Counted from the stretch's first letter, positions 27,893-37,911 are shown. The stretch is DNA of 51,583 bases from a virus (IMGVR_UViG_2512047041_000005:1-51583); one strand, 5' to 3'. Notes: generated by a model not told the origin, from the letters alone. Made by a program: numbers and translations.

Positions 27893-28351
27893 TCAGCGAC
27901 GGGCCGCTGATTCAAGATGGCGGACAATGGTATCGAGGATGGGGATTACCACTTCAGGCTGTAGTTCTCCATCCCCCGTCACCGGCAGGAACGGGCGGGC
28001 CGGAAGTTCAACAGACTCATTACGCCCCGTTTTACCCCCGAACTGGTGAATGGCACCGTAAACAACGTTGGTCCCCACAACAGCCTGCCGGTCGTCATGG
28101 TCGGTTGATACTGACCCCATCAGACGCCCGGTATCCTGCAGTGTCTGCCCGTCACGTTCTTCCGCTGCCAGCGAGGGCATCCACCCCGGACGCCCCTCAT
28201 CAAGAAAGTTAAACTGTGTTTCCGCCAGCAGGGTTCCGGCGATTTTGCGCATCGCGGGCTCCAGGTCTGTGGCAGCAAGATCCAGCGCACGGAGGCTCCG
28301 GCGCAGGGATTTATCGTTAATGGTGATACTGACCAGGTTATCGGAAGCCAT
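27893..28351 (-). CDS. Virion morphogenesis protein (Mu G-like)
   Basis: 152 aa following the F-like gene. Confidence 0.65.
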   Translation of the reverse strand: MASDNLVSITINDKSLRRSLRALDLAATDLEPAMRKIAGTLLAETQFNFLDEGRPGWMPSLAAEERDGQTLQDTGRLMGSVSTDHDDRQAVVGTNVVYGAIHQFGGKTGRNESVELPARPFLPVTGDGELQPEVVIPILDTIVRHLESAARR

Positions 28352-28353
28352 TG

Positions 28354-29175
28354 TTATCCTCTCAGTTCCTGTTGTGCCAGTGGCTGAAGCGTACCCTGAT
28401 AGCGGGCCAGGTCGGGACGGTATGCTGCCCCCGGTGCATAAGACCAGCCGACGTCGGTGGTCACCTTCGGGGTGCCGGTATTAAAGGTGGCCACGTTCCG
28501 CATTTCGCCGGTTTTCTCTGAGACCAGTTTCAGTTCCTGGCCCATGGCAGAGCCGGAGCTGATAACCTTCAGGCCACGGGCACGTACATCCGCCGCACTC
28601 AGGGCAATCACACTACAGCGGCAGCGCCAGCCGTTCGGCGGGTAAAATGCCTGCCAGAACGGGTCATCCCAGCGCAGCACCAGACCATGCAGCGCCAGAT
28701 GGCTCCTGCGGGTATGGCTGTCGTTGATGCCGGTATACATCCAGTACGGCCTGTCGTCGACGTTTTCCATCTGTTCCGCCCAACGACCGGCGCTGTAGAG
28801 TACGGACATATTGGTGCGAAAGATGGTATCGAGCCGCCACGGACTGCCCTGCTGAATGGTGACCGGCTCACCCGTTACCGGGTCAGTCGTGTCACGTGGT
28901 CCCCACCATCCCTTACGCTTCAGCACCGGCTCCAGCTCCTGCCGGAACCAGCGATCGGTTTTTCCTTCATCGACAGCCTGCTGCAGTGCCCCGCGAATAT
29001 CTTCCAGGATATCCAGGCGGGTCACTTTAGCAACGGTAAAGGCGCGGGCATGGGCCTCCTGCCACATTTCTTCCCAGTCCCAGGTAATCTGATACCCTTT
29101 GGACTTCAGGTAGTTGATTGCCCGCTTCGGGGGAAGCGTCATGCAGTACGCCAGTTCAGCCGTTGTCACGCTCAT
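28354..29175 (-). CDS. Head morphogenesis protein (Mu F-like)
   Basis: 273 aa directly downstream of the portal gene. Confidence 0.75.
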   Translation of the reverse strand: MSVTTAELAYCMTLPPKRAINYLKSKGYQITWDWEEMWQEAHARAFTVAKVTRLDILEDIRGALQQAVDEGKTDRWFRQELEPVLKRKGWWGPRDTTDPVTGEPVTIQQGSPWRLDTIFRTNMSVLYSAGRWAEQMENVDDRPYWMYTGINDSHTRRSHLALHGLVLRWDDPFWQAFYPPNGWRCRCSVIALSAADVRARGLKVISSGSAMGQELKLVSEKTGEMRNVATFNTGTPKVTTDVGWSYAPGAAYRPDLARYQGTLQPLAQQELRG

Positions 29176-30652
29176 GCAGACGCCCCCAGATATTTGTCAC
29201 AAAGAGAATGCGGGCCAGCCGCTCCTGCAGATCGTCCGTGTTCATCTGAGGGTAGAGCTCCGCCAGTTCGCCCAGCAGCTCAGACGGGTTAACCCCATTT
29301 TCGACCCGCCTGAACAGAGGTGCCAGGACGGGTTCCAGCGTGCCATTTAACGCGCCTCCGTTCATCAGAATGTCCAGCGCGTCGTCAAGCTGCTGCTGAG
29401 CCTGAATATCAGCATCAATCGCCTCGGCAAATGACAGCGGCAGCATGTTATTCTGGCGTTCCGACGGTGGTGTCTCGTCAATATCGCCGTCCTGCAGTTG
29501 GTACTCACGCTTGAAGTACTGCGGGGTCAGACGCAGACCCGCCCGGGTGAGTTTTTCGTCGCGGGTGGCACGGGTGTCATCAATGGCCTCCTGTTCCCAC
29601 ATGGCCCAGACCGGACACGGCACATCGCCGAAGTTCAGGGTGACCACCGTTCTGATGACCTGATTCACTGCCGCCTGAATGATGTCCGCATCCGCATCGC
29701 GGATATCAGCCGTTACCTCCAGCCCGGCCTGTGCAGAGGCCTTGTTACTGTTCGCTTCCGTGGTCTGATTCTGACCGAGTAATGCAATGGAGATCTCACT
29801 GCGTGACAGTGTGATCAGCTCGCGAAATACCTCGCTGCTGTCTGCCTTGCCATCCGCTGCCCTGAGCTCAATACTGCTGTCATCGGGGATGGCGGCCACC
29901 GCGTCCTCCACCATCTGCTCCATGGAGTCCAGCAGTTTTTCAATCTCTGCATCATTTGCGCCCCTCGGGTGCTTACCGATCACCCACGGGGAGCCAAACT
30001 TTTCGGCAAAGCGGAGCCAGAATTTCATCCCGCCTTTCTTGAAGGCGACCGGCCAGAAGCACATGGACAGGTCCGGGAAACCGTAAGGATTGTCATACGA
30101 GGCATCCTGTGCCGGCACCACGAATTTTGACGGTGACAGCAGCTCACCCTCCACACCCGCATCACGCGCCCGGAAGCGCAGGCAGTTGTCCGTATCAAAC
30201 TGAAACCACTCAGGCGGTTTGCCGACAATATCCGTCACCGCCCACGACCTGACCGAACGGCCCCACATGATTTCACAGGGCTGATACCCGTAGAGCACGG
30301 CATCGCTCATTTCACCGATGATGCGGGACAGATCCAGATCGTCGAGCATGTCGCGGATGAAACGGAAGACCCGGGCAGAGGCGTGACCACGCTCCAGTCC
30401 ACGCTCCAGCGATTTGAGCGCTGCTTTACGTCTGCGGATACAGCCCCCGACCAGCGGGTCGGTGCGCAGTTCGCGGTAGATACGGATATCCCGTCCCTGA
30501 GCCTTGAGAATGGGATCAGGATTGGGCAGATACATGCCCAGTCCGTAAAAGTCGATCGCGCGGCTGCGGGAGGCAATCTGCGCGGTCAGTGATTTCTGAG
30601 GCTCAGAAAAAGCAACAAATTCATCGGGTGAAACCCAGATACCCCTCGCCAT
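29156..30652 (-). CDS. Portal protein
   Basis: 498 aa between terminase large subunit and F-like genes. Confidence 0.85.
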   Translation of the reverse strand: MARGIWVSPDEFVAFSEPQKSLTAQIASRSRAIDFYGLGMYLPNPDPILKAQGRDIRIYRELRTDPLVGGCIRRRKAALKSLERGLERGHASARVFRFIRDMLDDLDLSRIIGEMSDAVLYGYQPCEIMWGRSVRSWAVTDIVGKPPEWFQFDTDNCLRFRARDAGVEGELLSPSKFVVPAQDASYDNPYGFPDLSMCFWPVAFKKGGMKFWLRFAEKFGSPWVIGKHPRGANDAEIEKLLDSMEQMVEDAVAAIPDDSSIELRAADGKADSSEVFRELITLSRSEISIALLGQNQTTEANSNKASAQAGLEVTADIRDADADIIQAAVNQVIRTVVTLNFGDVPCPVWAMWEQEAIDDTRATRDEKLTRAGLRLTPQYFKREYQLQDGDIDETPPSERQNNMLPLSFAEAIDADIQAQQQLDDALDILMNGGALNGTLEPVLAPLFRRVENGVNPSELLGELAELYPQMNTDDLQERLARILFVTNIWGRLHERDNG

Positions 30653-32247
30653 CAGAATCCCTCCAGCATACGGGCCGCCTGACGACGACGGCGTGAGCTT
30701 GCCTTCACCGGCCCTTTGTTAATTTCACGGCTGGCGAAATACGCCAGCGCCAGTGCGATGGCTGAATCCCCGTGGCGTTTACCACCGTCAGCCTTTGCTT
30801 TTGAGCGTTGCTCCGGTACGCGGGGGACACCGTTCACCACCTGAACGGCCCGCAGGTCATCCAGTGTGTCTTCATCCTTTGGTAAGTCCACCAGGTTACC
30901 GTCTTCCAGTGCAGCTTTGACCGGAGGCATATGCTCCCGGTACCAGCCTTCGGTTGGCATCACCTGCTGAACCCGGCTGGAGCCGTAGCGCTGCATGGCG
31001 TATTCAGCCAGATAGGCACCATTACCACGGGCATCAAACGCTGCACCCAGCAGACCGGGCAGGCCATCCATCAGATACCAGGTGATTTGCTCCTGCTGTC
31101 TGAACGGCACGTTACGCAGCTCCAGTACGAATGGCACGCGTCGTACCAGGTTCTTCTCCTGCAGCAGGGGATAGTCCACCGACAAATCACCGCTACGGCC
31201 AAAGTCGCGCCCCAGGAAAGAGCGGGCATCAGTGGGGAGTGCCTCCAGCAAGGGTTTCAGATACTCATCAAGCCAGTCCTGCGTCTCGCGGAAGCGAACC
31301 TCATCAGACAGCAGTTCATAACCTTCCTTGCAGGTCAGACGCAATACCGGCGTATCAGCGGACATGCGGGACTCTATCAGGGCACGGGACAGCCAGGCAC
31401 CGCCACCGTTGGCCGGAATACAGTCAAGCTCTTCGGATGCGCCGGCACCGTAGAATTTGTACACCGATGCCATCCAGGCCTGCTCGGATGCCTCCGACCA
31501 TTCCTTCCCGGTGCGCAGACAGACGCGCCGGAACAGCCCCTCAGATACGGCTTCCCGGAAAGTGATGCGATGTATGCTGCCTCCCTGACGTCCGGCACGG
31601 ATATCCCCGATAAGCGTATTGAACGGATTGTCGTCACCGTCATGGGTGGAGATAACGCGTACCTTTCCCCCCCAGATAAGCATCGCCAGCGCCGCTTTCA
31701 GCAGTTCGTCCAGTTGCTCATGGAACGCCGCTTCGTCGATAACAATAATACCCTGACGGCCACGCAGGTTAGACGGGCGGCTGGAGAGCGCAACAATACG
31801 AAAGCCGGAGTCAGGAAATTTGATGGTGTAAGTCTTGATGTGTTTGTCGTCGTCGTCCTCTTCCCAGAATCCTTCTTCAATTTCACTGGCCGCATAGTTG
31901 AATGCCCGTGCCCACATCGCACACGCCTGAATGTATTCGACGGTCATGTCCTGGTTATAAGCGATGTAATACACATTCATCCCGCCTGCTGGCGCAGAAG
32001 AGGCGGCGGTCAGTACGTTATCGGATGCCTCAGCCCATGTAATACCGGTACGACGGCTCTTTTCTATCACCTTAAGCGGAGAGGTGTCTGCCACCCAGCG
32101 CTGCTGGTAAGGCAGCAGAACGGGAGGGGCATCCAGCGCCGAGGTATCAGGCAAAACGGGAGCAAGGTTATTCCTCCCGTCCATGGGACTCATCCCTTCG
32201 GGGCCGCCGCCAGCGGCGTTTAAAATCACTCCGGATGATTTTGTCAT
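30652..32247 (-). CDS. Terminase large subunit
   Basis: 531 aa with ATPase and nuclease regions; precedes portal. Confidence 0.85.
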   Translation of the reverse strand: MTKSSGVILNAAGGGPEGMSPMDGRNNLAPVLPDTSALDAPPVLLPYQQRWVADTSPLKVIEKSRRTGITWAEASDNVLTAASSAPAGGMNVYYIAYNQDMTVEYIQACAMWARAFNYAASEIEEGFWEEDDDDKHIKTYTIKFPDSGFRIVALSSRPSNLRGRQGIIVIDEAAFHEQLDELLKAALAMLIWGGKVRVISTHDGDDNPFNTLIGDIRAGRQGGSIHRITFREAVSEGLFRRVCLRTGKEWSEASEQAWMASVYKFYGAGASEELDCIPANGGGAWLSRALIESRMSADTPVLRLTCKEGYELLSDEVRFRETQDWLDEYLKPLLEALPTDARSFLGRDFGRSGDLSVDYPLLQEKNLVRRVPFVLELRNVPFRQQEQITWYLMDGLPGLLGAAFDARGNGAYLAEYAMQRYGSSRVQQVMPTEGWYREHMPPVKAALEDGNLVDLPKDEDTLDDLRAVQVVNGVPRVPEQRSKAKADGGKRHGDSAIALALAYFASREINKGPVKASSRRRRQAARMLEGF

Positions 32248-32339
32248 GTGGCAATCCCCAGAATCTCGCGACGAAGCGCCTGTACTGCGTCGCTTGACAG
32301 TCCCCCCTTACGGGCAATTTTCTCGGCGTTGCTGGCTGC

Positions 32340-32789
32340 CTACTGCGCTCTGGCCCGTACTTCAGACTGGAACTTTTTGAGGTTGACGGACGCGCGGGAC
32401 AGCGTAGCCACATTCTTCGCCACCTTCGACAGCAGGGCCACGCGTTCTTTAGGATCGACTTCGCCTTCTTCCGCCTCCTGCAACTGGACAATACTCTCGA
32501 ACAGCTCGGTCTGAATAAGGGCTATCACAGCCTCCGAACGCGCATCCTGATCGTCTGCTGCGCCTTCGGTCAGCATGCGGGCCGCTTCTGTTGCCGCACG
32601 GATAGCACCATAGCGGCGCTCAATCTTCTGTCCATAGCGATGGATAGCGGATTTGCTGATGACGTACCCCCGCTCACGCAGCAGGGACTCCAGCTCGTTA
32701 TACCCGCTGAAGCCGGATTCAGTCAGCGCCCGTTCAAGCCAGCGGCGCACGTCTTCCGGCAGCTTTTCTATTGTGCTGCGTCTGGCCAT
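32340..32789 (-). CDS. Terminase small subunit-like DNA-binding protein
   Basis: 149 aa basic/helical protein immediately upstream of the terminase large subunit. Confidence 0.55.
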   Translation of the reverse strand: MARRSTIEKLPEDVRRWLERALTESGFSGYNELESLLRERGYVISKSAIHRYGQKIERRYGAIRAATEAARMLTEGAADDQDARSEAVIALIQTELFESIVQLQEAEEGEVDPKERVALLSKVAKNVATLSRASVNLKKFQSEVRARAQ

Positions 32790-33100
32790 TATTCACTCCA
32801 GTACTTTTCCGGGCGGGCAATACCCGGACCACATTCCACGGTGTATTCCACCAGGTCTACGCCGAGGCGGGTCAGGTCAGCAAACCAGTCGCCAGAAGGT
32901 TTTTTCTCCAGATCAACCATTTTACGGTCAGCCAGATAATCCAGTTCGCGGCGCAGTTCCAGCGGTGTGGTGTCCGGGTAGATGGCACGGGACACATCCA
33001 GCAGCAGCGTCTCGCTGGCGGTGTAAGGGCGGGTCTTGTTCAGGGCAACCAGCAGACTCCAGCGCAGGGATTCGCGGCGTACCCGGGTAATATCGACCAT
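32789..33100 (-). CDS. Hypothetical protein
   Basis: 103 aa, tightly packed between lysis and packaging genes. Confidence 0.45.
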   Translation of the reverse strand: MVDITRVRRESLRWSLLVALNKTRPYTASETLLLDVSRAIYPDTTPLELRRELDYLADRKMVDLEKKPSGDWFADLTRLGVDLVEYTVECGPGIARPEKYWSE

Positions 33101-33426
33101 TATTGACCTCCGGTATTGCGGTACTGCTGTACCACTTCCAGTTTGTTATAAAGCGCGTCCAGTTTGGCCTCAATGACTGTCTGGCCACGGATATAATCCT
33201 CTCGACGGACATAATTCAGCGGTAAATCCGCTTTAAATCGCATAAATTCTTTTTCCAGCTCGCCCCAGTTGGAGGCGGATTGTTGCAGGGCCTGTTCAAG
33301 GGAGGCGAATCGTGCCGCCTGGCGTTCTTCTGTTTTACTGAACAACCATTTGGCGAGCCCTCCCACAAACCCCATGAAGGTGAGCAGAAAACTCACCACC
33401 GTCCAGAATTCAACCTGCAGTGTCAT
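33100..33426 (-). CDS. Membrane protein with coiled-coil
   Basis: N-terminal TM helix (WTVVSFLLTFMGFVGGLAKWLF) then helical region. Confidence 0.5.
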   Translation of the reverse strand: MTLQVEFWTVVSFLLTFMGFVGGLAKWLFSKTEERQAARFASLEQALQQSASNWGELEKEFMRFKADLPLNYVRREDYIRGQTVIEAKLDALYNKLEVVQQYRNTGGQ

Positions 33427-34073
33427 TTCTGTAATCCTTCCCGTTCATCCAGTAACGCGTTTATCTGGTTCCGCCAGCGACGACATTGTCCTGCGTTGTC
33501 GATGATGTTGGCGAGAACGTCACGCTGGGAGACACCCGAATCGCGTAACCGGGTGTCAGTGGTTTCAGGTTGCCCGGTCGCTGTGCCAGAGCGGGTGCCA
33601 GCGGCGGCAACTGAGTCTGAATGACCGGTGTCGACGGATGCGTTGTCATATCCGAGTGCGGCGTTGTACTGGCGCACGAAACCGCGAGTAAACACGCACT
33701 CAATGGGATGGCTCTTACCTTTTTCATCAATCCAGCGCTGTGTGACATCGTTAATTTGCCCCTGTAGTTGTTTATTCCGGCTCTCCAGTTGAGCAATCTG
33801 CTCAAGATAACCGGCTTCAGCCCGCTGCCCGGCGGCCACCTGCTCCTGATACCGTCTGGCCCAGGCCCGCAGCGCAGCATTCTCAAGCGTTGCCTGCTCC
33901 GTTTTGTACGCGTCAAATGCTGACTGCAACTGACTGAGCGCGGTATCACCGTCACGCTTTGCAGAGTCATGACCACTTCTGTATCCCATGGCATACAGGC
34001 CGACCAGAAAGGCATTGATAAGAATGGCCAGCAGAATGCCGCGCCACGGCAGCTTTTTAATCAGATGCCACAC
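33423..34073 (-). CDS. i-spanin (Rz-like), probable GTG start
   Basis: N-terminal TM (LPWRGILLAILINAFLVGLYAM) and long coiled-coil; GGGGAGG 8 nt upstream of GTG; overlaps endolysin end. Confidence 0.5.
   Translation of the reverse strand: MWHLIKKLPWRGILLAILINAFLVGLYAMGYRSGHDSAKRDGDTALSQLQSAFDAYKTEQATLENAALRAWARRYQEQVAAGQRAEAGYLEQIAQLESRNKQLQGQINDVTQRWIDEKGKSHPIECVFTRGFVRQYNAALGYDNASVDTGHSDSVAAAGTRSGTATGQPETTDTRLRDSGVSQRDVLANIIDNAGQCRRWRNQINALLDEREGLQK
33461..33727 (-). CDS. o-spanin (Rz1-like lipoprotein) embedded in i-spanin
   Basis: +1-frame ORF MKKVRAIPLSACLLAVSCAST with lipobox and proline-rich mature part. Confidence 0.5.
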   Translation of the reverse strand: MKKVRAIPLSACLLAVSCASTTPHSDMTTHPSTPVIQTQLPPLAPALAQRPGNLKPLTPGYAIRVSPSVTFSPTSSTTQDNVVAGGTR

Positions 34074-34797
34074 AACTGCTGCCTCCCCATGTGAGATATC
34101 GCGGTGCCAGTTCGCGCAGGATGCGCTGCGGATAATGGCGGTTCTCCCGCCAGCTGGCCGCATTGCGTCCGGCATTCACCGTGGCGACATGTCCGAACCA
34201 GCGGGTGCTGTCCAGACCTTTCTGTGATGCAAGCCGCCTGTCCCGTTGTACCCAGCCCAGACCACCGTTATAGCCCGACAGTGTCATGGCCATACGCTCG
34301 CAGTCACTGGCGGCGCTGACACGCTGCCACAGCCAGCGGTCATAGCTGACCAGCGCCCGGATAGCCCATGCCGGATTAAACGGCTCACGACTGCTCAGCA
34401 TCGGTATCAACTGGCTTATCCAGTCGGCAGTGGCAGGCATGAACTGCGCCAGTCCCTGAGCGCCAGCCGGCGAGATCGCATCAGGTCGCCAGCCGCTTTC
34501 CTGATGCAGTTGCGCGGCGAAATCGGCCACCGGCGCAGACAGTCCCCATTCAAGCCGGGCATTACGGATCACATCATCGCGATACTGCAGCGCAGCCTGC
34601 GGAGGTTGTGCTGCGCATGCCTGGCTGAAAAAGCCGCCACACCAGAGCAACATTGCGACAAAGAATACCCATGCCATATGAACCAGAAAGGTCCCGGCGC
34701 GGACTGACAGGCGTTCGGTTCTGATGAAGACCCGAAAGGCTTCGAAAGCCAGTTTCAGGGACATGCATACAATCCAGGTGATCTGCGGCCAGTTCAT
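34057..34797 (-). CDS. Endolysin, lytic transglycosylase with N-terminal signal-anchor
   Basis: SLT motif ESGWRPDAISPAGAQGLAQFMPATA; hydrophobic N-terminal segment suggests SAR-type export. Confidence 0.8.
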   Translation of the reverse strand: MNWPQITWIVCMSLKLAFEAFRVFIRTERLSVRAGTFLVHMAWVFFVAMLLWCGGFFSQACAAQPPQAALQYRDDVIRNARLEWGLSAPVADFAAQLHQESGWRPDAISPAGAQGLAQFMPATADWISQLIPMLSSREPFNPAWAIRALVSYDRWLWQRVSAASDCERMAMTLSGYNGGLGWVQRDRRLASQKGLDSTRWFGHVATVNAGRNAASWRENRHYPQRILRELAPRYLTWGGSSCVASD

Positions 34798-34799
34798 GA

Positions 34800-35150
34800 T
34801 TAAAGCCCCATCGCAACAGCCAGGCAGACCGCTGCAACAATCAGTGCACGGCGGATTAACGCAGCAGAAAACACCAGGTGAAGGCCGGTCTGTACCGGGA
34901 AACGCCCTTCAGCCATCAGCCTGTCGTCATGTTTCAGGTACTGACCGGGACGGGCTTTGGGGAAGAGCGAACGGTCAAGCCAGTAACCCAGCACTGCTGC
35001 CAGCGTGATGAGTGCCAGCTTGTAGATCACAACAGGCAGCTGCTGTGGTGAGACCAGAGCGATGGTGCCCAGCAACAGCACTGAGGTCAGCAGCCAGCCG
35101 CTGAGGCGAGGTTTTTTAACAGGGGGAATGAATTTTTTCAGGTTTTTCAT
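34800..35150 (-). CDS. Putative holin
   Basis: 116 aa from internal ATG with GGAG Shine-Dalgarno; three hydrophobic segments; directly upstream of endolysin. Confidence 0.5.
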   Translation of the reverse strand: MKNLKKFIPPVKKPRLSGWLLTSVLLLGTIALVSPQQLPVVIYKLALITLAAVLGYWLDRSLFPKARPGQYLKHDDRLMAEGRFPVQTGLHLVFSAALIRRALIVAAVCLAVAMGL

Positions 35151-35280
35151 GTGTGTCTCCTCGTTTGGTGGAGACAGCATCACAAATACAGGGCGCAAAG
35201 GATTTTAAAGCGCGTTAAGAGAGCCGGGGATACGGGATGTGCAGGATAAACGATGAATTATTCACAGAGGAGAATACGAT

Positions 35281-35757
35281 ATGACGCACACACTGAATCC
35301 GGTCATCACTGTCACTGTGTCCGGTCCTGTGGGCAGCGGTAAAAGTTACGTACTGGCGCGGATAGAAGAGATGGTGAAACAGGAACTCGGAAACAGCGTC
35401 ATTGTCGATGCTGCTGACGTGGAGAATGAGCGCCGTATGAATGGCGAAGATCTGACGACCTGGCAGAAGCCACGGGGTGGCACAGTGATCAGGCTAGAGG
35501 AATACACGGGACAGGGCCTGTTGTCATACGGCGAGGAGCGTATCTGTCGGACGAATGAGCTGCTGGATGTTATATGCCCCACGGGCCGGCAACCCTGGAT
35601 ACTGCCCGATGCACTGCATGCCACCATTGCGGCACTGATGACAGTTTACGATCAGGAGCTGCTCATGAAGGAGTTACGTAAACTCACCGGTCAGCCAACA
35701 GAATGTTGTTCGTCTCCGAAGTACGGCAAACAGGAAAACGCCCCGGATAATCCTTAA
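35281..35757 (+). CDS. Small P-loop NTPase of unknown function
   Basis: 158 aa, Walker A GPVGSGKS at residues 15-22, possible Walker B VIVDAAD; opposite strand to all neighbours. Confidence 0.6.
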   Translation: MTHTLNPVITVTVSGPVGSGKSYVLARIEEMVKQELGNSVIVDAADVENERRMNGEDLTTWQKPRGGTVIRLEEYTGQGLLSYGEERICRTNELLDVICPTGRQPWILPDALHATIAALMTVYDQELLMKELRKLTGQPTECCSSPKYGKQENAPDNP

Positions 35758-35776
35758 GATACCTCCTGAACAGAAA

Positions 35777-35792
35777 CAGCCCTGAAGGGCTG
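35777..35792 (-). terminator. Intrinsic terminator after the repressor operon
   Basis: Hairpin CAGCCC-TGAA-GGGCTG right after the stop of 35795-36382, followed on the minus strand by TTTCTGTT. Confidence 0.5.
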
Positions 35793-35794
35793 CA

Positions 35795-36382
35795 CTAAAA
35801 AAAGAAGTGTATTATTGCCCAAACAGCTATAACGATGATTCCCAGCCCAAGAGCCGATTCTAACTTATCTTTGGCAGTCATTTTTACTGTTGTAGCGGGC
35901 GCAGGTAAGTCTTGCTGCTGTGGATTTTCTGTTAGTTGTTTACGAGAAGAAACATCGCCCCTATTAGTTTGCTTCATGTTGATTACAGATGCGTTATGGG
36001 CATTATCAGCAGCAATTGACTGAAGTTTTACAAAAGTTTTTGAATCTGTTTTAGCCAGAAGTAACCTATTTCCCGTAAACATTGCCTTAAAAGTGATAGT
36101 TTTTTTCGTCTTGTCCGCCGCACCAAGCAAACCTCCAATGACCAACCCTGCACCACCAAAGATTAATCCACCAAGCAAACCTGCGCCTGCCGCCTTACCT
36201 ATACGGCTTTCCTCTTCACTATCCGCAAGTTCAATCGATAAAAGCTCTTCTTTCAGATTTAATACAATATTTTCAGGAAAGCCTTGTTTTGGTTTTTTGG
36301 CAAACACGATGGTACCGAACCCCATGCTTGCCCACCCTTTAGGAAAACTTCCTGCGATAACCTGAATCCCTGCCATGTTCAT
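35795..36382 (-). CDS. Membrane protein with glycine-zipper segment and C-terminal TM helix
   Basis: AAGAGLLGGLIFGGAGLVIGGLLGAA plus C-terminal LGLGIIVIAVWAIIHFFF; AT-rich; last gene of the repressor operon. Confidence 0.65.
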   Translation of the reverse strand: MNMAGIQVIAGSFPKGWASMGFGTIVFAKKPKQGFPENIVLNLKEELLSIELADSEEESRIGKAAGAGLLGGLIFGGAGLVIGGLLGAADKTKKTITFKAMFTGNRLLLAKTDSKTFVKLQSIAADNAHNASVINMKQTNRGDVSSRKQLTENPQQQDLPAPATTVKMTAKDKLESALGLGIIVIAVWAIIHFFF

Positions 36383-36466
36383 CACCTTTTACATTAAAAT
36401 TTCAGAACGCAGCATGATGCCGCCTTTGTCTTTTTTCTGATCCCATGGTAATTCAGCTGTTATTTT

Positions 36467-37453
36467 CTATTTAAGAATAAAACGGTATTTACTGTCAGGA
36501 GTGCTTTGCTGATCAAGTAGCAGTGAACGACATGGAGCAGTCAAAACCCGAGCATAACTACCATCAGGGCTTATGTTAATGTAACAAACCTTGCCCTTAA
36601 CACTATAATTTTCGGGGACGGATGCCTTTGCTGATACAGTAAATTTAAGGGTATGCCAGCCCGTTTTTTGCTTGTAGCTTGAAACCGAATGGAAATCATC
36701 TGAGTACTTATTTAACCCTGGAAACATGCTGCGCAGTGCGGGGATGGAATCTTCTATTATTTTATCGTTGGTTTTAATGTTAAAAACGCTGGTTTCAGTA
36801 GAAGCTACTGCTTTGGCATTTCCCCATTTACCAGCGAACACAATCATTCCCACGAAAAATATTGCTACAAGAACTAACACTCCCCCCAACACTACTACAT
36901 GAGGCTTCCGGCTTCTGGTTGGTACAGTTGCGACTGATTTTGCACCGCTTTCCGATGGAGGTGATAGAGTTTTACTCTCATCACGAATATTCAGCAGATC
37001 ATCAAAATAACCAAACACAGCCTGCAACTGCTCTTTGTCTAGGCCTTTAAGATGGGTTGTACCGAAATGCTTCAGACAGTATCTGTCACGGTCAAGACGA
37101 TACCCAGGGTCAGTAAGCGCCATTATTTTGCTGACCAGAAGATTACAGTCCTTCATATTCTGGATCTGTTGTGCATATCTCTGAAGGATCTCAACCGCAC
37201 CATGATAATCAGCCGCAGTCATTTCATTAACTGTTTTGGTATTAAGTTTCGTGTGGATCGTCATCCATAGCTCGCGCTTACTTTCCCCCAGATCAACCAA
37301 TTCATCCATCAATCTGTGTAAATCGCGTTTTTGCAGCAACGAAATTGGTTGCTGGGCCGAAGGAAGTATGTCAGCAGAATAGTTATGAATGGTAACATCA
37401 CCGCTGACAACGTTACCCACATCCCCGTTAACTGTTTGCTTCTCTTTACTCAT
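36467..37453 (-). CDS. Bitopic membrane protein (cytoplasmic N domain, one TM, periplasmic C domain)
   Basis: 328 aa; TM HVVVLGGVLVLVAIFFVGMIVFAG; start overlaps repressor stop by 4 nt. Confidence 0.7.
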   Translation of the reverse strand: MSKEKQTVNGDVGNVVSGDVTIHNYSADILPSAQQPISLLQKRDLHRLMDELVDLGESKRELWMTIHTKLNTKTVNEMTAADYHGAVEILQRYAQQIQNMKDCNLLVSKIMALTDPGYRLDRDRYCLKHFGTTHLKGLDKEQLQAVFGYFDDLLNIRDESKTLSPPSESGAKSVATVPTRSRKPHVVVLGGVLVLVAIFFVGMIVFAGKWGNAKAVASTETSVFNIKTNDKIIEDSIPALRSMFPGLNKYSDDFHSVSSYKQKTGWHTLKFTVSAKASVPENYSVKGKVCYINISPDGSYARVLTAPCRSLLLDQQSTPDSKYRFILK

Positions 37454-37911
37454 CTTCTCTTGGTATTTTTGTTCATTATTCCACCTGTTCCTATGGTTAC
37501 GTTACCTTTGATAACATTCCCCAGAACATCTCCATGAATAACCTGTTCCGCCCGTTCTCTGGAGGAGCCAGTAGTCAAGGCCGACAAAACTGAACCTTTG
37601 ACCTGTAATGGTGCCTGCCGGTAGTGCTGCAGTAACTCCATTTCATCACGTGATAAAGTTATACCTGATGACTCCCCGGTAAGAATGAACTGTACATTGG
37701 CCCCAATTCTTGCAAAGGCTGCAAGTAACTCACCTCCGGGAACAGCAACCCCTCGTTCATATTTCCCCCACATTTCTCTTGAAACGCCACAAAGGGCTGC
37801 TACTTCAGCCTGCTTGAGTGATAACCGCGAACGCTCAGCTTTGAACCGCGACGCGCAAAGAGAATCAAAATTCACATAAACCTCATTGACAATGAGAACA
37901 ATAGTTCTCAT
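37450..37911 (-). CDS. Prophage repressor, HTH_XRE family
   Basis: 153 aa with HTH (LSLKQAEVAALCGVSREMWGKYERG); divergent from the ner-like gene across a 50-bp gap. Confidence 0.7.
   Translation of the reverse strand: MRTIVLIVNEVYVNFDSLCASRFKAERSRLSLKQAEVAALCGVSREMWGKYERGVAVPGGELLAAFARIGANVQFILTGESSGITLSRDEMELLQHYRQAPLQVKGSVLSALTTGSSRERAEQVIHGDVLGNVIKGNVTIGTGGIMNKNTKRR

Noticed and set aside
30931-32223. 430-aa plus-strand ORF opposite the terminase large subunit, and similar antisense ORFs across the head and tail block
   Set aside because: GC-rich antisense frames of clearly homologous minus-strand structural genes; no start context and no fit with the operon layout.
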